64,000 nucleotides of DNA, from assembly GCA_951406725.2 (NCBI GenBank), contig OX597840.1, positions 8,122,001 through 8,186,000 on the forward strand, written 5' to 3'. Origin of the DNA: Octopus vulgaris (taxonomy: Eukaryota). Position numbers and translations under genes: made by a program. This document shows, piece by piece, positions 13,147-26,119 of the stretch (the first letter of the stretch is position 1; the number at the start of each line of letters is the position of its first letter). Below the pieces are notes generated by a model. That model worked only from the letters and a program-made list of their open reading frames with translations, made no database searches and was not told where the DNA came from.

Positions 13147-13676
13147 TACATATATACGACGGGCTTCTTTCAGTTTTCGTCTACCAAATCCACTCACAAG
13201 GCATTCGTCGGCCCGGGGCTATAACAGAAGACACTTGCCCAAGATGCCACGCAGTGGGACTGAATCTGGAAGCATGTGGTTGGTTAGCAAGCTACTTACC
13301 ACACAGCCTGCTCATTAAAATCCATTCTGTAATAAAGGATACAAAGCAGAATATATAGTGATGTTTCAAAATAATTATATGCACTGAAAACACCTCACCA
13401 CTTTCAAAAACTTACAAGTGAAGAAGTTTCTTCAGAAATAAGGTCGTTTAACTGTTGTTTCTAGCATGTCAGGTTTTCTGGCATTTTTAAGTTTACTATT
13501 TCAGTAGAATTCTAAACATGAAGCATAAAATCGAAAGATTGGAAGATTTTAGCTTTATGAAAGCTGGTAGGTGATGGGTGGGCGAGGTGGGAGAAGGGGT
13601 ATTGAGTGTTTCTTTAAGAAAAATTAAACTATAAAAAATGTATATATATATATATATATACACCACTCCCACTTTT

Positions 13677-13721
<45 letters not shown>

Positions 13722-13902
13722 CAAAAGAGGGAGTGGTGTTTCCATGCAGGAAGTGTGGTAAGTAGCTTGCTAACCAACTACATGGTTCTGGGTTCAGTCC
13801 CACTGCATGGCATCTTGGGCAAGTGTCTTCTGCTATAGCCCCAGGCTGACCAATGCCTTGTGAGTGGATTTGGTAGACAGAAACTGAAAGAAGCCTGTCG
13901 TA

Positions 13903-13939
<37 letters not shown>

Positions 13940-14142
13940 CGCGGGCATGGCTGTGTGGTTAGGGAGCTTGCTTCCTAGCTACATGGTTTCAGGTTCAGTC
14001 CCACTGCGTGGCACTTTGGGTATGTGTCTTCTGCTATAGACCCGAGCCGACCGAAGCTTTGTGATTGAATTCGGCAGGAAGAAGTTACTGCCGTGTGTGT
14101 ATATGTGCGTGTAGGTGCTTGTGCCTCTCCGAAAGAGAGAGA

Positions 14143-14182
<40 letters not shown>

Positions 14183-14699
14183 GTGTGTGTCTGTGTTTGT
14201 CACCCTAGCATTGCTTGACAACCGATGCTGGTGTGTTTACGTCCTCGTCACTTAGCGGTTCAGCAAAAGAGGCCGATAGAATAAGTACTGGGCTTACAAA
14301 GAATAAGTCCCGGGGTCGATTTGCTTGACTAAAGGCGGTGCTCCAGCATGGCCGCAGTCAAATGACTGAAACAAGTAAAAGAGAAAAGAGAAAAAAATAG
14401 AAAAATATGTTGTTGAAAATGCACTTAAATTTCAAAAGCTCATAAATATTTAGCCCTTTAGGGTTCACATTATTCTGCCAAAATTAATCCTTCTTCATCC
14501 ACATTGTTTTGAACTAATCAGGCATTATCTTGGAGTTATGAGATTATGATGAGGTAGCTGTTAACTTTTAAAACGATATTGTAGGGTTGGTGTGAGAGAC
14601 CAGATCTGGTCAGTTTGAACATAAAACAGGCAGAATGCTTTTGGCCGGATGTAACCGGTTTAAATGCTAAAGGGTTAAAATACATTCATTTACATATAT

Positions 14700-15117
14700 A
14701 CCTATTTCTTTATTACCCACAAGGGGCTAAACATAGACAAGATAAACAAGGACAGACATAGGTATTAAATCGATTACATCGACCCCAGTGCGTAACTGGT
14801 ACTTAATTTATCGACCCCGAAAGGATGAAAGGCCAAGTCGACCTCAGTGGAATTTGAACTCAGAATGAAAAGACAGACGAAATACCTATTTCTTTACTAC
14901 CCACAAGGGGCTAAACACAGAGAGGACAAACAAGGGCAGAAAAACGGATTAAGTCGATTATATCGACCCCAGTGCGTAACTGGTACTTATTTAATCAACC
15001 CCGAAAAGATGAAAGGCCAAGTCGACCTCGGTGGAATTTGAACTCAGAACGTAACGACAGACGAAATACCGCTAAGCATTTCGCCCGGCGTGCTAACGTT
15101 TCTGCCAGCTCGCCACC
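14700..15117 (-). mobile_element. Second SINE family (head GGCGAGCTGGCAGAAACGTTAGC), with duplicated 3' part
   Basis: Recurs at ~28537-28660, 31352-31580, 33255-33803 (three tandem part-copies), 46785-47020 and 58493-58725. Confidence 0.75.
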
Positions 15118-16118
15118 TTTTCCATATATATTTACATATATACCACTTCTTTTTATCAGTATGACTTGTCGATGACCACTGAAATTAATTAACCTTGTAC
15201 ATTCTAGCAAATTAATATACAGTTTTAATTTCAAACTAACACCTTCTGTTTTGAACGTGATAATTTATCAACATTGAAAGATTTTAAATTAGCAACATTG
15301 AAAAATTTCAGTTTGTCGATATTGAAACATTTTGATTTGTCAACATTGAAACTTATAACGATGTTTATCTAATTTTACACTTTTACCAGTGATAAACAAA
15401 AAATATTGTTGAAACTAGTTTGGTATATCTTTATATATAAAAGTCTTTATATATAAAAGAAAGGTTGTGTGTCTGTCTACTCCAATTTAGATTCCTAACT
15501 ACTCCCACATTTTTCGGTGCAGTTTAACCGAATCGTGATTCATATCAAGCTCTTCTGGGTATTAGCGCTCGTATACGATGAGTCTACGATTTTAAAAATA
15601 ATTTACCATCATTTTTTTCCATTTTAATGCATATTTTTTGAATATAAGGGAAGTAACTCTCTAAAAATGTCTACGATGAGTCAACGATTTAAAAAAAAAT
15701 TTACCATAATTTTTTTTCCATTTTTAATGCATTTTTTTCTATTTTTTGGCTATAACTCTCTAAAAATGCTCTATAGTTATTTCCCTTACAAACCCGAGCA
15801 ACGCCGGGCGATACTGCTAGTATGTAAATAAATTTATTTTAAACATTTACGAGTTTTTGAAATTTAAGTGTATTTTCAACAACACATTTTCCTATTCTCT
15901 TTTCTCTTTCTCTTTACTTGTTTCAGTCATTTGACTGCGGCCATGCTGGAGCACCGCCTTTAGTCGAGCAACTCGACCCAGGGACTTATTCTTTTTGTAA
16001 GACCAGTACTTATTCTATCGGTCTCTTTTTGCCGAACCGCTAAGTAACGGGGACGTAAACACACCAGCATCGGTTGTCAAGCAATGCTAGGGGGACAAAC
16101 ACAGACACAAACACAAAC

Positions 16119-16149
<31 letters not shown>

Positions 16150-17639
16150 TACGACAGGCTTCTTTCAGTTTCCGTCTACCAAATCCACTCACAAGGCATT
16201 GGTCGGCCCGGGGTTATAGCAGAAGACACTTGCCCAAGATGCCACGCAGTGGGACTGAACCCGGAACCATGTGGTTGGTTAGCAAGCTACTTACCACACA
16301 GCCACTCCTGCGCCTATATTATTTTCCAGCGTAGAAACACCACTCCCTCTTTTGTTATATATCTACCATGCCTGGAATGAAAACGCCACCACCCAAAGTC
16401 AAACAAAAGGTAACACAACACTCGACAAAATCTTACATGAACAGAAAGATATTAATTCAAAACTCACACTCCTATTGGACAAATCACATTGCAAAGATAC
16501 ATTCCCGGAAAACGGAATATCCCTACATACAGAAATAAGTGAAAGCATCCAAAAAAATCTGTAAAGCATTTGAAACCTCACTAATGCAGAAACCTGAAAA
16601 TAACCGTAATTCTGGAATGGAAAACAATAGTTTCATATATCAACAGTCTTCCGATATCAAGAAAGCTATCTTTCAAGTATGGACCAAAAATCATAATAAT
16701 TTCATTATTATTAAACATAATACAATTCAAAAATTAAATAATATTGTTAAATAAAAAACGTTACTTATCGATGAATATTACATAACTTAATTTTAAATGT
16801 AAAAATGTAGGTCTTAGCAATTAAAAGAAACTAGCAGTATCGCCCGGCATTGCTCGGGTTTGTAAGGGAAAAAACTATAGAAGCATTTTTAGAGAGTTAC
16901 TTCCCTTATATAAAACCGAGTAAAAAATGCATTAAAAAAACGAAAAAATGATGGTAAATTTTTTTTTAAATCGTAGACTCATCGTAGACGAGCGCTAATA
17001 CCCAGAAGGGCTCGATATGAATCACGACTATAAGATACCCTCTTTTGGTTAAACTGCACTTCAAAATGTGGGAGTAGTTAGGAATCTAAATCGGAGTAGA
17101 CAGACTCTCACACACACAACTTCAGTTTTATATATAAAGAATAAACTCGTGAAGACGTGTAAAAAGATAGAATAAATTTATTAATGAAAATGAAGAAATA
17201 TTTTTATTAATGAAAAAGACGAAAATTATCTAAGCTTCTAGAATGTTATAATATTTTTTATTATCCCTAATGAATATTTCAATTATATTTAAAATCTCTT
17301 TAATAACATATATTTTTACCTGAGCCCCAAAAGGAACGATTAACCATATTTTAGTCTTATTTTTTATATTTTATTATTATTATTATATTTTTTGTAATAT
17401 TATTAAATTTATTATCATCATTAATTGAATTAAATTTTATCTTATTTTTATTTATATTTTAATTTTTTATTCCATTATTAAATGTATGATTTATATTATC
17501 AAAATACCTATTATTATTAAGACGATAGTTACCTAAATAAAACTTATCATAATTAAGATAATTAGGTTTATCATTATAAAAATCATTTATATTATAATCC
17601 TTCAAATTATGATTATATTTACAAATTTAAAAGAATTTA

Positions 17640-19520
17640 ATAATATTATTATATCCTGCCTCACACAGGGCTTTATAATGATAAGGTGCATGTTTATTAA
17701 AAATCTCTAAATCATAAGAAAGTAATGATATTCTTTTACCTACGTTATTTATCAATGATTTTTAAACAGCAGGTGGATGATTACTATAAGCATTAATATA
17801 TCTGAGATTTTCATTAATTTTATGGAATGGTTGGGTTTTACCCCTTATTAAATTAAAATTAACATCTACATAATTAACATTATAGTTCTCATTATAAATA
17901 GTAATACTTAAACCATATCTTTTAAAGAAATTATAAAGTTTCTTTTTATGCAATTCTAATTTTCTATTTGTACAATCCTTAGTAAGTAATAAAAGGTCAT
18001 CTCTATAAACCACCCTCCAATTTTAAATTTTCTAATTGAAGTTCTGATAATAAATTAAAACCTTCTAAATCAGTAACCTGTGCAGAATCTGGTGCCTCCA
18101 TATGTATATCAAAATAGTTCCTAGTATCCTTCCTAGCCTATAATTTATTATTATATCTAATTAACGATTTTCTAGCCATTTTAATATCATTAACTTCATC
18201 AGAAGTCATTCCTACCTTATTCATTGCATAAATTAGGGCTTTATTGAGTACGATCTCATCAATAGAAGAATAATAATTATCTATATTTATTTGAATGAAT
18301 TTATATTTATTTTTATCTTTAGTATTATGAAATCATTTTTAAGTATCAGTAGTACTATTCCCAAATTTAAGGTAATTAATTTTGTTTAATCTATTAAGGA
18401 GTGGCTGTGTGGTAAGTAGCTTGCTTACCAACCACATGGTTCGGGTTCAGTCCCACGTGGCACTTTGGGCAAGTGTCTTCTTCTATAGCCTCGGGCTGAC
18501 CAAAGCCTTGTGAGTGGATTTGGTAGACGGAAACTGAAAGAAGCCTTTCGTATATATATATGTATATATATGTATGTGTGTGTGTTTGTGTGTCTGTGTT
18601 TGTCCTCCCAACATCGCTTGACAACCGATGCTGGTGTGTTCATGTCCCCGTCACTTAGCGGTTCGGCAAAAGAGACCGATAGAATAAGTACTGGACTTAC
18701 AAAAGAATAAGTCCCGGGGTCAAGTTTGCTCGATTAAATGTGGTGCTCCAGCATGGCCGGAGTCAAATGACTGAAACAAGTAAAAGAGTAAAAAGAGAGT
18801 AATGTATTTATCTAGAATAAATTTAATTAATTTACCTAAATCTGATTTACATGGACAAATTAATCTAACCTTGGGGTCAGAGTAAAAATTTTCCTTATGG
18901 TCTTTCAAGGTCATTCTAGGGTGCATAGGTACGTAAGGTTCAGTTTTATTATCTAAATTATATTTCATCATTATTAATTTAGAGTCTTTATTTATATTAT
19001 AGAGTGTATTTTCTGGAACAATATTATATTTTTCATTTCTTTCCTTCTTTCTCTAATAGGATATCATATAATTTATAGTTTATAGAGGTTCTTAGTTTTA
19101 TCTGATTGTACTATAATACCTTCCATATTTCACATTTCTTTTATTTTAATAGCTAAATTTCTTAAATATTTATTATGTCAATTTTGGGTATTTATGAAAA
19201 TAAAATTTTTTTACCTCCTCCCAAATATTGTCCTCTAAAACCTGAATTTCTCTATTATATGGAAGTTCCTTCCAAGATTTAAATTTTCAGTTAATATGAT
19301 TATTATTCTCTACATCATTAATGTTAGATATGTTACAACTATTATAGTAGGCTTTCCATTTAATCCTAGAAATAAAATCTTTAATATTATTAATCAGTTT
19401 TAAAATATGTTCCTTTCTAGATGGTATGGGAATATCCTTCAAAGATGAATTCCAAAAAGTGGTTCTATTTTACCTGTAAGTTCCATAACTGACGAAAATG
19501 AGGGTAAATGCACTCAGAAA
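17640..19520 (-). pseudogene. Inverted copy of the degenerate Penelope-like RT
   Basis: Mirror of 7730-9900; retains YRDD (ORF 17762-18013) and lacks the RTE insertion. Confidence 0.8.
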
Positions 19521-19695
19521 CATTAGGTAAAAATACAACAACAACAACAACAATAACAATAATAATAATAAACAACAACAACAACAACAATAATAGGGAA
19601 TATTATTCCAAACTTACAGGGAAAAATTCAGTTTAGAAATACTAAATCAAATTTCACAAAATATAATATAGATATATATAAAAATTAGAAAAAAA

Positions 19696-19760
<65 letters not shown>

Positions 19761-19880
19761 ATACATATATATGTATATATAGTTAATCCAAACATGAAAG
19801 CACAAAAAAAACACAACAACGCGAGGACGTGGAACAAATATAGTATTATTGGACGCTCAGGAAGGAAGGGAAGAAGGTGG

Positions 19881-19915
19881 GTTTTACGTTTCGAGCGGAG
19901 CTCTTCGTCAGAAAC
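19881..19915 (-). ncRNA. Minimal hammerhead motif (Penelope-type) in a small repeat just downstream of the stop codon
   Basis: Minus strand: GTTT-CTGACGA-A-GAGCTCCGCTC-GAAACGT-A-AAAC. The mirror copy at 7103-7137 has a mutated core; a degenerate relative lies at ~32459-32494. Confidence 0.55.
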
Positions 19916-20061
19916 ATAGGAGACGGAAGGATCCAGAGAAGACAGAGCAAAAAAAATCGCCAACGGTACACACGCGGTCACATGCATGTATGGATGTGTT
20001 TATGTGGGTGTATAAGAGTTCATGGATATTGGTACCATTTATAGCTGTTCACTGTTTCTGA

Positions 20062-20168
20062 TCAAGCCATTTGCCAAAGAAGTAAGAGTCCAGCATAAAT
20101 CCATGCATTTATGAGAAGCTGTTTAGTGACTCCAATATCAGATGCTGTTGATGCATACATCTCAGAAT
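20062..20168 (-). CDS. Exon 6 (terminal) of minus-strand VWA-domain gene; GPI-signal-like tail
   Basis: tttttcag acceptor, phase 1. Encodes (D)SEMYASTASDIGVTKQLLINAWIYAGLLLLWQMA-TGA. Confidence 0.8.
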
Positions 20169-21794
20169 CTGAAAAATATAAAAGATGGAAATACGTTTAT
20201 TCACAACTAGCAGTATCGCCCGGCGTTGCTCGGGTTTGTAAGGGAAATAACTATATAAACATTTTTAGAGATGTAAAGTATAATAGCCATCTCAAGGTGG
20301 GGTGTTACTGTAGCTTTTTACGTTCTGAGATTTAATAATAAATTTTTAGAGAGTTACTTCCCTTATATATGCCAAAAATGCATTAAAATGGAAAAAAATG
20401 ATGGTAAATTTGTTTTTAAATCGTAGACTCATTGTAGACGCGCACTAATACCCAGAAGGGCTTGATATGAATCACGACTATAAGATACCCAGTTTTGGTT
20501 AAACTGCACCGCAAAATGTGGGAGTAGTTAGGAATCTAAATCGTAGGAGACAGACAGCACACAACCTCACTTTTATATATAAAGATTAGCAATGCATCCC
20601 GGCGTTGCCCGGGTGTTATGACCTACAGCCATATTGTATTATTTGTTCCTTTCTTATGGGCAGAATCATCACTGCTTGTTTATTATTGCTTCTTTAAAAG
20701 TGAAAAGGGAAGGTACACTTTGCATGGGTTTGCATAGAAGTGTTTTCTTTTCTTAAGAAAGATCACATAGGCGCAGGAGTGGCTGTGTGGTAAGTAGCTT
20801 GCAAACCAACCACATGGTTCCGGGTTCAGTCCCACTGCGTGGCACCTTGGGCAAGTGTCTTCTGCTATAGCCCCGGGCCGACCAAAGCCTTGTGAGTGGA
20901 TTTGGTGGATGGAAATTGAAAGAAGCCTGTCGTATATATGTATGTGTGTGTGTGTTTGTGTGTGTGTGTTTGTGTGTCTGTGTTTGTCCCCCTAGCATTG
21001 CTTGACAACCGATGCTGGTGTGTTTATGACCCCGTCACTTAGCAGTTCGGCAAAGAGACGGATAGAATAAGTACTGGGCTTGCAAAGAATAAGTCCCGGG
21101 GTCGATTTGCTCGACTAAAGGAGGTGCTCCAGCATGTCCGCAGTCAAATGACTGAAACAAGTAAAAGAGAAAGAGAAAGAGATTACGAATCTAGGAAATA
21201 TATTTCTTTTTAAAATTTAATTTTTCTTAAAGAAACGTTCACTGCTCCTTCCCCCACCCATCACCTACCTGCTTTCAAGAACCTAAAAAGCCTTTGACAG
21301 GGTCCCCCGATCCCTTATCTGGTGGTCGATGCGGAAACTGGAGATTGACGAATGGCTAATAAGGGCTGTACAGGCCCTATACAGAGAGGCTGTCAGCAAG
21401 GTTAGGATTGGCGACTCCCCTGGCACGTAAAAAGCACCCGCTACACTCATGAAGTGGTTGGTGTTAGGAAGGGCATCCAGCTGTAGAAACACTGCTAGAT
21501 CAGACTGGAGCCTGGTGCAGCCTCCTTGGCTTCCCAGACCCCGGTCGAACTGTCCAACCCGTGCTGACGCGGAAAACGGACGTTAACCGATGATGATGAT
21601 GATGTTTCATTTTCATCTGATGTTTCACGCATTCATAGATTAATATGAAATAGCAGAGGAAAAAAATATTAGAGCAGCCCCAGTCTGAACATAAAACAGG
21701 TAGGATATTTGGGCCGGATATGTCCAGTTTGAATGCTAAAGGGTTCACTGATCATTCCGTAATCTACAGACTTTACATTAAAGATATAAACATT

Positions 21795-22516
21795 ATAATA
21801 ATAATAGTAATTTAATTATTGTATACAGTGCTCAGGTGCACCACAACTTGTCAGAAAGTGCATATAAAGCATATGCAGTAATGTACAAATGTCTGGGAAG
21901 TGAACAGCGTATGAGTCAGATATATGCTTGTGTGTGTATGGAGGGGAGGAAATTAGGTGTAGAATTGGCGAATCTCAGGAAGCATGGAAGTTTTGAAGGA
22001 TGCAGTGCTCAGACAACTAACAACTGATTCCGGCAGTTTGTTCCATGCTTCAGCAACTCTCAGCATGAAAAAATGTTTCCGAAAGTCATGGGAGCTGTGC
22101 TGTTTTCTGACTTTGTAAACATGTCCACGGGTGTTAGACAGGTGGAGTTTTTAAATAATAATAATGATAATGAAATTATTGTATACAGTGCTCAGGTGCA
22201 CCACAACTTGTCAGAAAGTGCATATAAAGTATATGCAGTAATGTACAAATGTCTGGGAAATGAACAGTGTATGAGTCAGATACATGCTTGCCAGTGTATG
22301 GAGGGGAGAAAATCAGGTGTAGTGTTGGCGAATCTCAGAAATCATGGAAGTTTTGAAGGATGCAGTGCTGCGACAACTGATAACTGATGCCGGCAGTTTG
22401 TTCCATGCTTCAGCAACTCTTAGCGTGAAAAAATGTTTCCGAAAGTCATGGGAGCTGTGGTATTTTCTGACTTTATAAAAATGCTCACGGGTGTTAGACG
22501 GGTGGAGTTTGAAAAG
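21795..22516 (-). mobile_element. Two tandem CR1-type 3' fragments
   Basis: Two successive copies (about 21795-22150 and 22155-22516) of the same 3' end; the other arm has only one at 4530-4890. Confidence 0.85.
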
Positions 22517-22558
22517 GATATTATAGAATAATGTATAAAAGAAAATGAAGTAGCTTAC

Positions 22559-22793
22559 CTGTTGGTTTGAAGCTGATGTTGTAGGAAGGATTGTCACAGG
22601 CAGCGGAATTGAGATCAAATCGTTTCTTGGAAAGAACAGTAAGGAAAAGCTGATCAAGTTCTGATTTTGGCAGAAGAAATAATTTGCCCGGATGATAGTC
22701 AGTTGCCGAAGTCTCGTAGTCGTAGTCGGCTTCATTGGGATAACTGTTGTTAAATGACCCATACACAGTGACCACACCACACTGGACACTCAC
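22559..22793 (-). CDS. Exon 5 of minus-strand VWA-domain gene
   Basis: ttctccag|GTGAGT...ACAG|gtaag, 235 nt, phase 0/1. Encodes VSVQCGVVTVYGSFNNSYPNEADYDYETS...NISFKPT. Confidence 0.88.
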
Positions 22794-25700
22794 CTGGAGA
22801 AAACAACAACAGATATAATATACACAGTGACCACACCACACTGGAAACTCACCTGGAGAAAACAACAATAGATGTAACATACAGAGTGACCGCACCAAAT
22901 TGGGTACTCACCCAGAGAAAATAACAACAGTTATAATATAGAGAGTGACCACACCACACTGGACATTCACCTGGAGAATATAACAACAGATATAATATAC
23001 AGAGTGACCACACCACACTGGACATTCACCTGCAGAAAATAACAACAGATATAATATACAGTGACCACACCACACTGGACATTCACCTGGAGAAAATAAC
23101 AACAGATATAATATACAGTGACCACACCACACTGGACATTCACCTGGAGAAAATAACAACAGATATAATATACAGAGTGACCACACCACATTGGACATTC
23201 ACCTGGAGAAAATAACAACAGATATAATATACAGTGACCACGGCGTACTGGACATTCACCTGGAGAAAATAACAACAGATATAATATACAGAGTTCCCAG
23301 ACCACACTGGACATTCACATGGAGAAAATAACAACAGATATAATATACAGAGTTCCCAGACCACACTGGACATTCACATGGAGAAAATAACAACAGATAT
23401 AATATACAGAGTGACCACACCACACTGGACATTCACCTGGAGAACATAACAACAGATATAATATACAGAGTGACCACACCACACTGGACATTCACCTGCA
23501 GAAAATAACAACAGATATAATATACAGAGTGACCACACCACACTGGACATTCACCTGCAGAAAATAACAACAGATATAATATACAGAGTGACCACACCAC
23601 ACTGGACATTCACCTGCAGAAAATAACAACAGATATAATATACAGAGTAACCACACCACACTGGACATTCACCTGCAGAAAATAACAACAGATATAATAT
23701 ACAGAGTGACCACACCACACTGGACATTCACCTGGAGAAAATAAGAATAGATATAATATACAGAGTGACCACACCACACTGGACATTCACATGGAGAAAA
23801 TAACAACAGATATAATATACAGAGTGACCACACCACACTGGACATTCATATGGAGAAAATAAAAACAGATATAATATACAGAGTGACCACACCACACTGG
23901 ACATTCACATGGAGAACATAACAACAGATATAACATACAGAGTGACAACACCACACTGGACATTCACCTGGAGAAAATAACAACAGATATAATATACAGA
24001 GTGACCACACCACACTAGACATTCACCTGGAGAAAATAACAACAGATATAATATACAGAGTGACCACACCACACTGGACATTCACCTGCAGAAAATAACA
24101 ACAGATATAATATACAGAGTGACCACACCACACTAGACATTCACCTGGAGAAAATAACAACAGATATAATATACAGAGTGACCACACCACACTGGACATT
24201 CACCTGAAGAAAATAACAACAGATATAATATACAGAGTGACCACACCACACTGGACATTCACATGGAGAAAATAACAACAGATATAATATACAGAATGAC
24301 CACACCACACTGGACATTCACCTGCAGAAAATAACAACAGATATAATATACAGAGTGACCACACCACACTGGACATTCACATGGAGAAAATAACAACAGA
24401 TATAATATACAGAATGACCACACCACACAGGACATTCACCTGAAGAAAATAACAACAGATATAATATACAGAGTGACCACACCACACAGGACATTCACCT
24501 GGAGAAAATAACAACAGATATAATATACAGAGTGACCACACCACACTGGACATTCACATGGAGAAAATAACAACAGATATAATATACAGAATGACCACAC
24601 CACACTGGACATTCACATGGAGAAAATAACAACAGATATAATATACAGAATGACCACACCACACTGGACATTCACCTGCAGAAAATAACAACAGATATAA
24701 TATACAGAGTGACCACACCACACTGGACATTCACCTGCAGAAAATAACAACAGATATAATATACAGAGTGACCACACCACACTGGACATTCACCTGCAGA
24801 AAATAACAAGATATAATATACAGTGACCACACCACACTGGACATTCACCTGCAGAAAATAAGAACAGATATAATATACAGAGTGACCACACCACACTGGA
24901 CATTCACATGGAGAAAATAACAACAGATATAATATACAGAGTGACCACACCACACTGGACATTCACCTGGAGAAAATAACAACAGATATAATATACAGAG
25001 TGACCACACCACACTGGACATTCACATGGAGAAAATAACAACAGATATAATATACAGTGACCACACCACACTGGACATTCACCTGCAGAAAATAACAACA
25101 GATATAATATACAGTGACCACACCACACTGGACATTCACCTGCAGAAAATAACAACAGATATAATATACAGAGTGACCACACCACACTGGACATTCACAT
25201 GGAGAACATAACAACAGATATAATATACAGAGTGACCACACCACACTGGACATTCACCTGGAGAAAATAACAACAGATATAGTATACAGAGTGACCACAC
25301 CACACTGGACATTCACCTGGAGAACATAACAACAGATATAATATACAGAGTGACCACACCACACTGGACATTCACCTGGAGAACATAACAACAGATATAA
25401 TATACAGAGTGACCACACCACACTGGACATTCACCTGGAGAACATAACAACAGATATAATATACAGAGTGACCACACCACACTGGACATTCACCTGGAGA
25501 AAATAACAACAGATATAACATACAGAGTGACCACACCACACTAGACATTCACCTGGAGAAAATAACAACAGATATAATATACAGAGTGAACACAACACAC
25601 TGGACATTCACCTGGAGAACATAACAACAGATATAATATACAGAGTGACCACACCACACTAGACATTCACCTGCAGAAAATAACAAGAGATATAATATAC

Positions 25701-25844
25701 AGAGCGACCACACCACACTGGACATTCACCTGGAGAAAATAACAACAGATATAATATACAGAGTGACCACACCACACTGGACATTCACCTGGAGAAAATA
25801 ACAACAGATATAATATACAGTGACTGCACTAAACTGGACACTCA
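22794..25844 (-). repeat. 59-bp minisatellite (~52 units) in intron 4; inverted counterpart of 1-4251
   Basis: Reverse complement of the same unit (some 57-bp variants), abutting the exon 5 acceptor. Confidence 0.97.
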
Positions 25845-26036
25845 TGAAAAGCATATAACATATGCAGTGTTATAGGTGCAGGAGTGGCTGTGTGGTAAGT
25901 AGCTTGTTTACCAACCACATGGTTCCGGGTTCAGTCCCACTGCGTGGCATCTTGGGCAAGTGTCTTCTACTATAGCCTCTGGTCAACTAAAACCTAGTGA
26001 GCGGATTTGGTAGACGGAACCTGAAGAAAGCCCATC

Positions 26037-26119
<83 letters not shown>

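Larger units (their letters stand above)
11940..16692 (+). repeat. ~4.7-kb direct copy of the region upstream of exon 1 (~44480-48602 and ~56170-60312)
   Basis: Same unique joints in the same order, e.g. TGGTTGGTATTTAAAATACAATAAAGGTAAGC at ~12318/44643/56323. Ends at GGACCAAAAATCA. Confidence 0.9.
1..25844. repeat. Large inverted segmental duplication: left arm <=1-10794, right arm 16694-25844, ~5.9 kb spacer
   Basis: Minisatellite, two exons, CR1, SINEs, Helitron and PLE relic occur in mirror order. For example, 10741-10794 is the reverse complement of ~16694-16749. Confidence 0.93.

Noticed and set aside
13061-13318. YIYIYI / HTHT-type ORFs throughout
   Set aside because: Translations of (TA)n/(CA)n tracts inside SINEs.
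16320-16690. Possible coding fragment (TLDKILHEQKDINSKLTLLLDK...) also at ~48230 and ~59940
   Set aside because: Frameshifts differ between copies and there are no clear splice sites; perhaps a decayed LINE ORF1 but not supportable.
20770-20850. tRNA genes at SINE heads
   Set aside because: A/B boxes are present but there is no full cloverleaf, and they continue into the SINE body; these are tRNA-derived SINEs.
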